From NCBI GenBank assembly GCA_963833125.1, contig CAWHWX010000014.1, positions 67,367-131,366 on the forward strand: 64,000 bases of DNA, read 5' to 3'. Origin of the DNA: Candidatus Bathyarchaeota archaeon. Its GTDB lineage: Archaea > Thermoproteota > Bathyarchaeia > 40CM-2-53-6. The translations under genes and the position numbers were made by a program. Shown in pieces: positions 10,834 through 20,770 of this stretch (the first letter of the stretch is position 1; every line of letters starts with the position of its first letter). Below the pieces are notes generated by a model. The model did not search any database, was not told the DNA's origin, and saw only the letters and a program-made list of their open reading frames with translations.

Positions 10834-11484
10834 ATGACGAGTGAACCGATTCGTGATCCTGTTAAAGACGATCTTCTTACACCCAAGAACTCAACTCTAA
10901 TCATTATCGACTATCAGCCCGTCCAAGTGAGTTCGATCGAGTCGATGGACCGTAAGCTTCTCGTAGAGAACATTGTCCGGGTCGCTAGGATAGCGAAAAC
11001 GTATGGGTTACCGACTGTGCTTTCAACTGTGAACGTGAAGACTGGCGTCAATAAACCCATGATACGTGAGGTGCAAGAAGTTTTTCCTGGGATGGAGCCG
11101 CTGGATCGTACGACGATTAATGCGTGGGAAGACGTTGAATTTATCAAGGCGGTTAAGGCAACGGGCCGCAAGAAGCTTGTCATGACCGCGTTGTGGACGG
11201 AAGCATGTCTAACTTTTCCGTCCCTCGACGCGATTCGTGAGGGTTACGAGGTTTACCCAGTGGTGGACGCGGTCGGCGGCACCTCGGTCGAGGCGCATCG
11301 GGCGGGTCTTGAGCGAATCATTCAAGCAGGCGCGAAACCTGTAAGTTGGGTGCAATTGATCTGTGAGCTTCAACACGACTGGCAGCGGAAGGAAACGGTA
11401 CCGCCATTCGTGGATATTCTGTTTCGCTCACGAGGCATAGAACCCGGCCACGAGGAATATAACCGTAACCGACGGCGGAGTTAG
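10834..11484 (+). CDS. YcaC-like isochorismatase-family cysteine hydrolase
   Basis: IIDYQP, DRTTINAWED, LWTEAC, VVDAVGG. Confidence 0.9.
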   Translation: MTSEPIRDPVKDDLLTPKNSTLIIIDYQPVQVSSIESMDRKLLVENIVRVARIAKTYGLPTVLSTVNVKTGVNKPMIREVQEVFPGMEPLDRTTINAWEDVEFIKAVKATGRKKLVMTALWTEACLTFPSLDAIREGYEVYPVVDAVGGTSVEAHRAGLERIIQAGAKPVSWVQLICELQHDWQRKETVPPFVDILFRSRGIEPGHEEYNRNRRRS

Positions 11485-11586
11485 TTGTGTAGTGCCAGAG
11501 AGAGATTTCTCAGCATCTGTTGATAGCACTAAAGAGCGTCGAGAAATCGAAATCGGGCGGAAAAGATTACTCGGAGGTTAAATCCT

Positions 11587-12544
11587 GTGCCTAAGGAGAT
11601 TCTCGGCATACACCATGTCACAGCCATAACTGGGGAGCCGCAGCAAAACATCGATTTCTACGCGGGCTTTCTAGGGCTACGATTGATCAAGCTAACCGTG
11701 AACTACGACGCCCCAGAAACCTACCACCTGTACTACGGTGATGAAAACGGCCACCCCGGTACGATTCTCACATTCTTCCCATGGCCCGGAGCTCCAAAGG
11801 GAAGAAAGGGAACAGGACAGCTTACAACCACATCTTTCTCGATGCCACACGCGAGCGTGGACTATTGGATAAAGCGCCTAACCAAACAGCGGAATACTCT
11901 TCGAAGGACCCATCGATCGTTTCGAAGAAAAGGTAATCTCATTCTCAGATCCCGACGATTTGAAGCTCGAACTGGTCGCACAAGACGGAGCGGAGAGTAG
12001 GAGTGGTTGGAATCACGGACCCGTACCACAAGAGCATGCCATCCGGGGCTTCTTCGGAGTTACTCTCTCCGAGGAGGGTTATGAGAGAACCGCGTCCCTC
12101 CTCACAGAAACAATGGGGTTCCACCTTACCAGGGAGAACGGAAACCGCTTCAGGTATGAAGTTGGAAAAGGCGGGCCCGGCGCGATGGTTGATGTTCTCT
12201 GCCAACCGGATGCGCCAACGGGGCTCGTGAGTGTGGGAACGGTACACCATGTGGCCTGGCGTACGCTAAACGACGAGCAGCAGAAGGAATGGAGAAGTGA
12301 GCTAGTTAATGCTCGATTGAACGTTACGCCCGTAATAGATCGCAAATACTTCCACTCAATTTACTTCCGGGAACCGGGAGGAGTTCTGTTCGAGATAGCA
12401 ACAGACCCACCTGGCTTCACCGTCGACGAAAAATTGGATGAACTAGGAACTAGACTGGTACTGCCACCGTGGCTGGAACCTCTCAGGGCGCAACTCAACC
12501 AGGTACTTCCCAAGGTCAAATTGCCAACCACGCCTCAAGCCTGA
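11587..12544 (+). CDS. Ring-cleaving dioxygenase/glyoxalase (MhqO/MhqE-like), frameshift near 11885
   Basis: GIHHVTAI, KLTVNYDAPETYHLYYG, GTVHHVAWR, DRKYFHSIYFREPGGVLFEIATDPPGF. Confidence 0.9.
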
Positions 12545-12589
12545 GATCGGCGGTGAAGGTCAGAAAGGATGAAACAGTCAACACCTTAG

Positions 12590-13203
12590 TTGGGCTTCAT
12601 TCATCGCTTCGAACCCGGCAACCTCGGCAGCCTCACACTGCTTCTCCTCCACGGCACAGGGGGCAACGAAGATGACCTCATTCCGTTAGGCAAAACCCTC
12701 AACCCCGGAGCTTCGTTGCTTAGCCCCGAGGGAAGGTGCTGGAAAACGGCATGCCTCGCTTCTTTCGAAGGTTGAGCGAAGGCGTATTCGACATTGAAGA
12801 TCTCAAGTTCCGCTCCAAGGAACTCGCAGATTTCGTGAAGAACGCCTCGGTCAAGTACGGGTTCGACATGGATTCCATCGTAGTGGTTGGATACTCGAAC
12901 GGCGCCAACATCGCTGCGAGCATGCTGCTACTAGGGTCTCTTCTTCCCGCCGGGGCAGTCCTATTTCGCGCCATGGTACCGCTCATACCGCACGAGTTGC
13001 CCAACTTGCAGAAAATCAAAGTTTTCATCTCCGCCGGTACGTCCGACCAGATTGTCTCTAGAGGGGAGGTTGAAAGGCTCGCCAAACTGCTTGGGGACGC
13101 CCAAGCAGAGGTGACGCTCAATTGGGAGAACACCACGCATGCCTTGACCGAGCAAGAAGTGAAGAAAGCCGCGAGCTGGTTGCTTCAGAACTTCAGGAGT
13201 TGA
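12590..13203 (+). CDS. Phospholipase/carboxylesterase (MhqD-like), frameshift near 12730
   Basis: [31 protein letters not shown]. Confidence 0.9.
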
Positions 13204-13334
13204 TACACGAATGGTAAGGGATTTTATCGTCGAAAGCAAAGCGACGCATACTAATCTGAGACAGGGGATTGTGCGACGACTCGTCGACATGACTACCCTC
13301 TGAAACTGTAAGGACGGGATGCTTGGGAAGTAGC

Positions 13335-14496
13335 ATGCAAGCCAATCCACTCTGGCCAGTCGCAACTCGTTTTCCGGTTCTCGATGAGGATCTCAAGGTC
13401 GACGTTGCGATCGTTGGAGCTGGAATTGCTGGTATTTCATGCGGCTTTCACTTGCAGAACGCGGGTTACAGGGTCGCCGTCATCGACAAAGAAGAAGTTG
13501 GGTCGGCTGCTACGGGCGCAAGCTCTGGGATCCTGTACTACGGTTCAGGCGGCAATTTCGTAGAGGCTGTGGAACGGTACGGGAAGGACAACGCGACTAC
13601 GCTTTGGAAGGAAACAGAGAGGACGATCACTGACCTTGTTTCATTAATAGAAAAGCATCGAATTCAATGCGGCTTTCGACACACCGGCGCAATCATGGTT
13701 GCAAAAAATGATCCGGAAAAGGCCCGAATTGAAAAAGAGCAAGCAGCGCTTCGAGAAATCGGGATACAGACTGAACAATACTCCAGCGAGTGACATTCAG
13801 AAATCATTCACCGGCAGAGAGTTCGCTTCGGGTCTCTCATTCGATATCTGCTGCGTGATTCATCCCGCGCAGTTCGCGGCAGAATTGGCGAAGAAGTTCA
13901 ACGTACCAGTTTACGAAAAATCGCCAATGCTGAAATTCACAGAAGAGAAAGAGGGCGTGACGCTTGAGTTATCTCGGGCTCGAATACGATGTGACCGTCT
14001 GGTACTCGCGACAGACCTTGAACCGTTCTATGGTTTAGAGAAACACTTCGAACAGGAGACTACCGTTGTTCTAGCCAGTCCTGAGATAGCGGCTACCAAG
14101 GAGATCTGGCCTCAAGACAAAGTGCTCTGGACGATGGAAGACAAGTATGACATACTGTACCCCCTGGGCCAGCGCCTAGCGTTGGAATTGTATCGGGCAC
14201 GGAATATCAAACAGAAACTAGCCCAATACTACGGCGGGGTAAACTTCGAGGTTCAGTACCGCTGGGGTGAGTCCTGGTCAAAGACTACGGATCTACTTCC
14301 CATTGCCGGTCCCGTGACTGATCGCGTATACGCGGCAGTTGCTATGGGTGACGAAGGAATCGTAATGGGATTCACAGTTGGAGCGAGAATGCCACTGGCA
14401 TTCGACGGTCGTAAGGACCCCATTTTGAGAATGACCTCTCCAACCCGTTTCCCGCGGTGCCTGACCTACTTCGTTCGGGTCTTTCATGCTTCCTGA
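13335..14496 (+). CDS. FAD-dependent oxidoreductase (DAO/PuuB-like), frameshift near 13788
   Basis: DVAIVGAGIAG, GATGASSG-like motif, IHP, TTDLLPIAG. Confidence 0.8.
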
Positions 14497-15914
14497 CTCA
14501 TCGCGTGTTGGAGTTGGTGGTGGTATTGTGCCGGTGTCATGAGCGCTTCGAAAGCGCGTTGAACGACCTCACTGAGCGCGGGGTGTATGTGCATGGCGTC
14601 TAGAAGTGGGCGTGCGCTTTGCTCGGGGGTGTACATGAGGTTGATGATCTCTTGAATCAAGACTGAAGATTGTGGCCCAATTATGTGAGCACCAATTATC
14701 TTTAGGCTGTCCTTTTCAACTATCACTTTCGCGAAGTAATTCTTCACAGCCATGGCCTCTCCCTTAGCCGTGTCCTCGTAACGCTCGAAGCCGATCAGGA
14801 TATTTTCCTCACCAAATTTCTCAATCGCTTCCTTCTCCCTGAGTCCGACACTAGCAATCTCGGGGTCTGAGAAGACAGCGTGTGGGACAGCGTGATAGTC
14901 GACAGGGACTTTTTGCTTGAGTACAGCGTTGTTGTAAACCACCGTGACTTCGTGGTTGGCCTTGTGCTTGAACAGATACTTTCCGTTCGCGTCGCCGAAT
15001 CCCCAGACATTTTTGGCTGAGGTTTCGAGAAAGTCATCGACCACGACCCAGCCGTCGCTGTCAGTTTTGATTCCAGCACGTTCGGGGTGAAGGATGTCGG
15101 TTGTAGGTCCTCGCCCGCAAGCAATCAATATTTCATGAACCAGAAGAGTAGTACTCTTCCCAGTCTGTCGGTCTACCGCAACAATCTTCTTCATGCCATC
15201 GGCAGGCGCAACTTCCAAGACCTCGTAACCCGTCAGGATTGTGGCCCGCTGGCCAAGTTCCTGTTTCGCTAAAGCAGAAATCTCTGGTTCTTCTTGTGGG
15301 AGAAATTGTGGGTTCCTACCGATTATTGTGACCTTCGAGCCCATGGCCGAGAAAAAGTGTCCGTACTCAGCGGCTATGTAGCCACCCCCCACAATCGCTA
15401 AACTCTCGGGCAGCTTGGTCTCGTAAAGAATCGAGTCGCTTGTTTGGTAACCTACCTCTTTCAATCCTTTGATTGGAGAGATAGTTGGTTGGGAACCTAT
15501 CGAGAGGAGAATCATGTTCGATTTAATCGTCTGATCTTGGACTTTCAATGTGTAAGGGGCAATGAATTCAGCTGGGGCGTGGAAGTAATCGAGGTTCGGT
15601 GAACTTGAGAGGCCTTCTCTGATCGATTCAATGTCATGGTCAATTATTGTTCGCATACGTTTCATCACCTTCTCAAAACTGACTTTCTTGAGGTCAACTT
15701 CGATTCCGAAAACACCCGCATTCTGGATCGTCTGAACAACTTCAGCTGGGTAAAGTAGAATTTTCGAGGGAATGCAGCCTCGTGTCAGGCATATGCCGCC
15801 AGGCTCGTCCTTATCGATAACAGCTGCCTTGATATTCGGGTTTCTTTGCATCATGTCATTTACTACGTAGATTCCTGATCCCGTCCCAATCGCGATGACG
15901 TCGTATTCCTTCAA
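14484..15914 (-). CDS. Class I pyridine nucleotide-disulfide oxidoreductase (dihydrolipoamide dehydrogenase/mycothione reductase-like)
   Basis: GGICLTRGCIPSK, GGGYIAAE, GD, HIHPALSE. Confidence 0.9.
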   Translation of the reverse strand: MKEYDVIAIGTGSGIYVVNDMMQRNPNIKAAVIDKDEPGGICLTRGCIPSKILLYPAEVVQTIQNAGVFGIEVDLKKVSFEKVMKRMRTIIDHDIESIREGLSSSPNLDYFHAPAEFIAPYTLKVQDQTIKSNMILLSIGSQPTISPIKGLKEVGYQTSDSILYETKLPESLAIVGGGYIAAEYGHFFSAMGSKVTIIGRNPQFLPQEEPEISALAKQELGQRATILTGYEVLEVAPADGMKKIVAVDRQTGKSTTLLVHEILIACGRGPTTDILHPERAGIKTDSDGWVVVDDFLETSAKNVWGFGDANGKYLFKHKANHEVTVVYNNAVLKQKVPVDYHAVPHAVFSDPEIASVGLREKEAIEKFGEENILIGFERYEDTAKGEAMAVKNYFAKVIVEKDSLKIIGAHIIGPQSSVLIQEIINLMYTPEQSARPLLDAMHIHPALSEVVQRAFEALMTPAQYHHQLQHAMSQEA

Positions 15915-16108
15915 CGGCTTATCATCAAAGGAATCCTTGAACGATTGATAACAGGCTTTGGGTGTCTAGTTCGAATGATTGAATGACTTATCGAACTCTC
16001 ATGGGCCGCTGAAAATGGCGGACATGCCCTGAGTTCACGCTTCCAGAAACTCAACATGTTTTAGCGAAAAGTCGTAACCGAAAATCTAACAGCGCCGCAA
16101 AGCGAAGC

Positions 16109-17387
16109 CTACTGTGAGCTTTCCACTTCCTCACCAATCGCTGATGACAGAGAAGCGGCCAATCCTAACCATAGGGCGGCCGCGATGTAGGTCGCATAAT
16201 ATCCAACGTAGAACGAGATAAGGCCAGAAATAAACGAGCCCACCATCGTAGCCATACCGACGACCGCACTGTAAACCCCTAACGCAGAGCCCTGGTTAGT
16301 CCGCCCAAGTGTGTTGAAGACCATTACGGTCGAGGCTGCATAGTAGTACGCATAGGCTATGCCAGCTCCGAGAGGGTAGAAGAATAATGCAGCACCAAGG
16401 TACGGTAAACCCGCCAGGTACAAGACCGCGATAGCGAAACCAGTGTAGCTTAACGCTCTGAGGACGAGACCCTGAACGGCCGTCCGCCTAATCCCAGTCT
16501 CCTGGATCCGTTTACCAATGTAATTGAAGGCAAAAACTTGAACAACCATTCCAACCAACAATACCGAGAAGACTTCACTGTTCGATACTCTTGCCGCAAA
16601 GAGCGACGGAACAAGTGAGGTGTTGAAGAGTCCGCTGGCAAAGTAGAATCCGCCGATCGAGAGGTAGATGAGTGCGGGTTCCCTCGTTAACCCGAACTTC
16701 ACACCTCGGAATACTCGACGGAAATCAATCAGCGTCGGGATCTTAAGAAAGAGCAAAGGCAAGGCTAGGAGGCGCTGATAGAAGCTCTGTCTAACCATCA
16801 CAATCATGGAACGCTCGAAGACGGTCACAGGTTCTTTGATCATCTGTACTGAAAGTCCGGCGGAAACCAACGATAGCGCCCCGAGTGCAATGACGAGTAG
16901 GTTGAGCGGGAGAAAGCCAACCCATCCAACGCTTAGCAGTAGCCCTACAGGTGACGCCTACACTTGAGATCATTGAGAAACGCGCAAATTCAGACGCCCA
17001 ACTAGCTTTGGGTTGCGTCTCCATTATGAGGAGGTTTAAGGGAGTGGCGAAGGCTGATGAGAGAAATGAGAAAGCGGAGTATACAAGAATGATTCCGTAG
17101 ACCGTTCGAACGAAAGCAAAGGAAAACACGATTCCCGCTATCAGAATGTAACTCCAAACTACCAGCGCTTTTCTCGTATGGATGCGGTCTGTCACGATAC
17201 CCCAGAAAATCGCAGCGGGTATGCTTGCTGCCGCGAAAAGTGTAGCAGCTAGACCAATATCAAGAACTGAACCATGCAACTCAAGGATGTAAAGTTGGGC
17301 GAAAGTTCCGACAGGGCCGGTCGCCATGTTGATCGGCAGCACTGAGTAGATCCACCTGCCCGAACGCGTCCCGGTTGCTGGGTCCAA
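16109..17387 (-). CDS. MFS transporter, frameshift near 16950
   Basis: About 12 hydrophobic segments over two ORFs; WGIVTDRIHTRK resembles MFS motif A. Confidence 0.85.
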
Positions 17388-17625
17388 TTGCTATCCCTGT
17401 GCTGAATCTTAGTGCCTTGAGCAAGTTGGGACGAGGTACTGCATCTAATGAAGATGCCTCGTTCACGCAATATATTATTAGAACTGAGCATTCGTTACGT
17501 GAAAATTTATTTTGTGGTGGATTTGAAATTTCGATAATACCTCCTTGAGCGACTATGTTAAGACGAGTATGATCAAAGATAGTGGGAATCCCGCTATTCC
17601 TGGAGTGGTTTGAAAGAGCGTTTTC

Positions 17626-18787
17626 CTAACTGGCGGAATTGATCTTCTTCCAGTCCTCTGCTAACTGCACGCGTTTAGACGATGGAGGATGTGTGTAGAA
17701 TATCAGCTCGACGAGACGGTTCGGTGAGTCAACGGAGAGGCTGAGATCAGCGAGTCGTCTCTCTGCTGAAGCTTGAGCTTCTGAATCATCAGCTGCCTTG
17801 AGTGCGAACTCATCGGCTTGTCTCTCCACAATTCGAGACAGCCAGTTAGAGATTGGTTGAAGTATGAAGCTAACTCCGATCAAGGCCGCGAAGAATAATG
17901 GAATGCCCGCGGGGTCGGTGATACTGGGTAAACGTAGACACGGCCACCGCGGATCTGAGCAAGTAATCTGCAATGTAGAATGGAGGGATGATCATGATGC
18001 CGGTGATGACTGCCTCTTTCCAAATATCTTTGTTCACATAATGTCCAAGCTCATGCGCTACCACCGTGGTAATTTCTCGATGTGTGAAATTACTCAACAG
18101 AGTATCGAAGAGCACTATGGATCTACTTTTTCCCACGCCCGAGAAGAAGGCGTTTGCTCTAATCGATCTCCGACTTTCATCTGCCACGAGTACACGGTCG
18201 ACGTTGGCGGCTCCGAACTTCTTGCTCATTTGGAGTAAGTTCTCTTTCAAGTTCATGTCGGAGAGGGGACTGACTTTGTAGAAGATTGGAAGGATTACGA
18301 ATGGGAGGATAATGGATAGCAGTATGGAGAAGACGGCGAAGATTACAGCAGCGGCGACCCACCATAGCGATAGATTTCCGATTAGGTAGTAGAGAACTGA
18401 ACCCCCGAGAAGTGCAAAAACTAACTCAACTCCGAGCCCCTTCAACTCATCAACAACCCAACCTTGGAGAGTTTGAGTGGACAAGCTGAACTTGTGGTCG
18501 ACGACAAATCCGGAATAGAATGAGAGCGGCACTGCTGCAAGCTGAAGAACGATTACAAAAATGACAAGGTACAACCATAGCGAAATCCAATAGGAATTCG
18601 TTACAGAGTTAAGCTGTTTACTCAGTAGTAGAGAGCCGCCGGACAAGAATAGGCTGACACAGAACCCGAGTGGGATTAGGGTGCCGTTTACTAAGTCTAG
18701 GATCAGTTTTACATTTTCGTAATTCTTTGCAATGGACCTCTTGGTGGTATCGTATTGGTAATTCTCTTGAGGTTCAGTCTTCTGCAA
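17626..18787 (-). CDS. M48 (Ste24/CAAX-type) zinc metalloprotease, frameshift near 17940
   Basis: ANAFFSG, IVLFDTLL, AHELGH, ERQADEFA, FYTHPP. Confidence 0.92.
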
Positions 18788-19075
18788 TTGGGTCCACCGT
18801 ACGATTTGATATGTTCAGGAGGGGGCCTATCGTACATAAATGCAGGCCTCATAGCATGCGCAGAGAAATTCAGGAGCGTGCCGCTGCTAGCCGGATCCAG
18901 TAGAGGCGTGACCGCCAGGCGGAGGCTTCTCTACTTTCTTCTTTGGCTTACGAACCATCTTAGGGTTGCCCATTCTAGGTCTATCCGTATCTTATGGCAG
19001 GGCACATAAAAAACGAATTGGCCCGGAATAGGGTGGGTTTGGAACCGGACCCAGCACCCCAGAATGGACATGGAA

Positions 19076-19543
19076 CTATGGGCTGGTCGAGGTAGAGATG
19101 AGAGTGTATTCTTGCGCTGGTTCATTTCCGCTCGATATTGTGTAAGTTATGTTCAGCTTAACAGAATCCTTGACCATCGCACGCACGGAACAGTACTTCT
19201 CCAGCGACAACCGTATAGCACGTTCCACTGCGTCCTTTCTCAAATCTGGCCCGGAAAAGGTGTATTTGATGTCTATGCTCTCGTAGTACTTTGGATCTTC
19301 CCCGCGTCGCATGCCGCTGACGGTCATGTCAAATTTGTCCACTTTCTGTCGTTGCCGACCCAAAATCCACTGCACGTCCATCGCTGTACAGCCCGCCAGT
19401 GCTACCAAGAAGAGTTCCATCGGGGTGAATGCTTGTCCCATCACTTCCGAGGAATCCAGTTGTATTGTCCGGTGTTCTAGTTTCACATTGAACTTCAGTG
19501 CTTCAGAATGATGGAGTTCCGCTAGGACTTGAGTTCCAGTCAT
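19076..19543 (-). CDS. OsmC/YhfA family protein
   Basis: PMELFLVALAGCTAMDV and SLEKYCSV. Confidence 0.9.
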   Translation of the reverse strand: MTGTQVLAELHHSEALKFNVKLEHRTIQLDSSEVMGQAFTPMELFLVALAGCTAMDVQWILGRQRQKVDKFDMTVSGMRRGEDPKYYESIDIKYTFSGPDLRKDAVERAIRLSLEKYCSVRAMVKDSVKLNITYTISSGNEPAQEYTLISTSTSP

Positions 19544-19643
19544 GGTTTGTCTAGATTCTATGTCTCCACGACGTAGGCTTTTATTCCTCACTACTCTTGA
19601 CTTGGCGCTACCAGAGAGAGTTGTTAGTTGGGAGGCGATTCAC

Positions 19644-20204
19644 GTGAAACGAGAAACCAAGTCAGCTAGCGAGTTGTGGGAGGAGGTGGGGCAGGAAGGA
19701 AAAATCGCAAGCAATGAACTGGAGCGGTTTAGCGTTTACCGGTTCTCCATAAACTACCCAGCCGTCTGCCGCTTTGAATTCAACCCGAAAACTCGCCGAG
19801 AAAAGGGAGACATAGTCGTACATTTTCCGGATAAGCAGAAAGTATTCCTATCATGGGGCAACCTCGCGGTCGTTATGAAGAAATTCCAAACGGCCAACGA
19901 ATTTGCTGCCCATAGTATCAAGTCAATGGGAAAGAGTCGCAACGTTTCAAAGACCGACAAGTTGGCGGAGAAGACTCTAACGGTTAATTCCCATGAGGCG
20001 TTCTTCAATATGGTGCGATTTCAAGAATCTCCGATGGGGTTCTTTTCTAGGGGTAAAGGAGTTTCACGTGTCACATGTTCCGTCCATCTATTCTGCCAGC
20101 AATCGTCGCGATACTTTGTCATCTACGCGCTTCTCACCCCTGCGGCTCCCGAGGATTTCGACAAACTGTTTCTTACAATGGTAGATACCTTTCACTGTCA
20201 CTAA
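19644..20204 (+). CDS. Hypothetical protein (possible PsbP/Mog1-like fold)
   Basis: Clean ORF divergent from osmC; FSINYP, VNSHEA and terminal TFHCH; fold is a guess. Confidence 0.6.
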   Translation: MKRETKSASELWEEVGQEGKIASNELERFSVYRFSINYPAVCRFEFNPKTRREKGDIVVHFPDKQKVFLSWGNLAVVMKKFQTANEFAAHSIKSMGKSRNVSKTDKLAEKTLTVNSHEAFFNMVRFQESPMGFFSRGKGVSRVTCSVHLFCQQSSRYFVIYALLTPAAPEDFDKLFLTMVDTFHCH

Positions 20205-20407
20205 CTTGCCAGCTTCGTTAGGAATCAATCCGCGCCTCAAGGGTAGGTTACGTAGAAGCCATTCGTGAGCCAAGAAATGTGAGTTCGTCGTGCATTGCGT
20301 GAACTTATTAGGCCGGATGAACGTACCTTACGAGTAGGGCGCCTTCGGGCTGACTAGGCGCCGATTACGTTCGGGTAGTATTTAGCGGAGCCTGTAATTT
20401 TCTCTAT

Positions 20408-20420
20408 AAACTTTATTAGC
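20408..20420 (+). promoter_or_regulatory. Candidate BRE/TATA box of the rpo operon
   Basis: aaactttattagc about 90 nt upstream of rpoH. Confidence 0.4.
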
Positions 20421-20503
20421 GTGGCTCCGAATGCTTGCTGGGGAAGTTTCTGGAAGCTCTGTTCCGGGCCGAATGAACCTTTTCTCCGTGGAGAAAGCGT
20501 AGT

Positions 20504-20761
20504 TTGAAGAAAAAGGAAGAAAAAGAGAGATCATATAATATTTTCGCGCACCAATTCGTCCCTAAACATGAATTACTTGCAAAGAAAGACGCCGAAGAAT
20601 TGATGCACGAATTCCATATTCGCCCACATCAACTCCCTTACATTAAGACCAACGACCCAGTGGCAGAGACATTGGGCGCAAAGATGGGAGACATTCTGCG
20701 AATCACGCGGAAGAGCGCCACTGCCGGGGAAGTTGTCGTTTATCGTTACGTTGTCGATTAA
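20504..20761 (+). CDS. rpoH: RNA polymerase subunit H (Rpo5)
   Basis: HQFVPKHELL, QLPYIKTNDPV, GDILRITRKSATAG, YRYVV. Confidence 0.97.
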   Translation: MKKKEEKERSYNIFAHQFVPKHELLAKKDAEELMHEFHIRPHQLPYIKTNDPVAETLGAKMGDILRITRKSATAGEVVVYRYVVD

Positions 20762-20770
20762 GGTGATATT

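Noticed and set aside
13785-13795. TGA read as selenocysteine in the FAD oxidoreductase
   Set aside because: Homology continues in a different frame, so this is an indel
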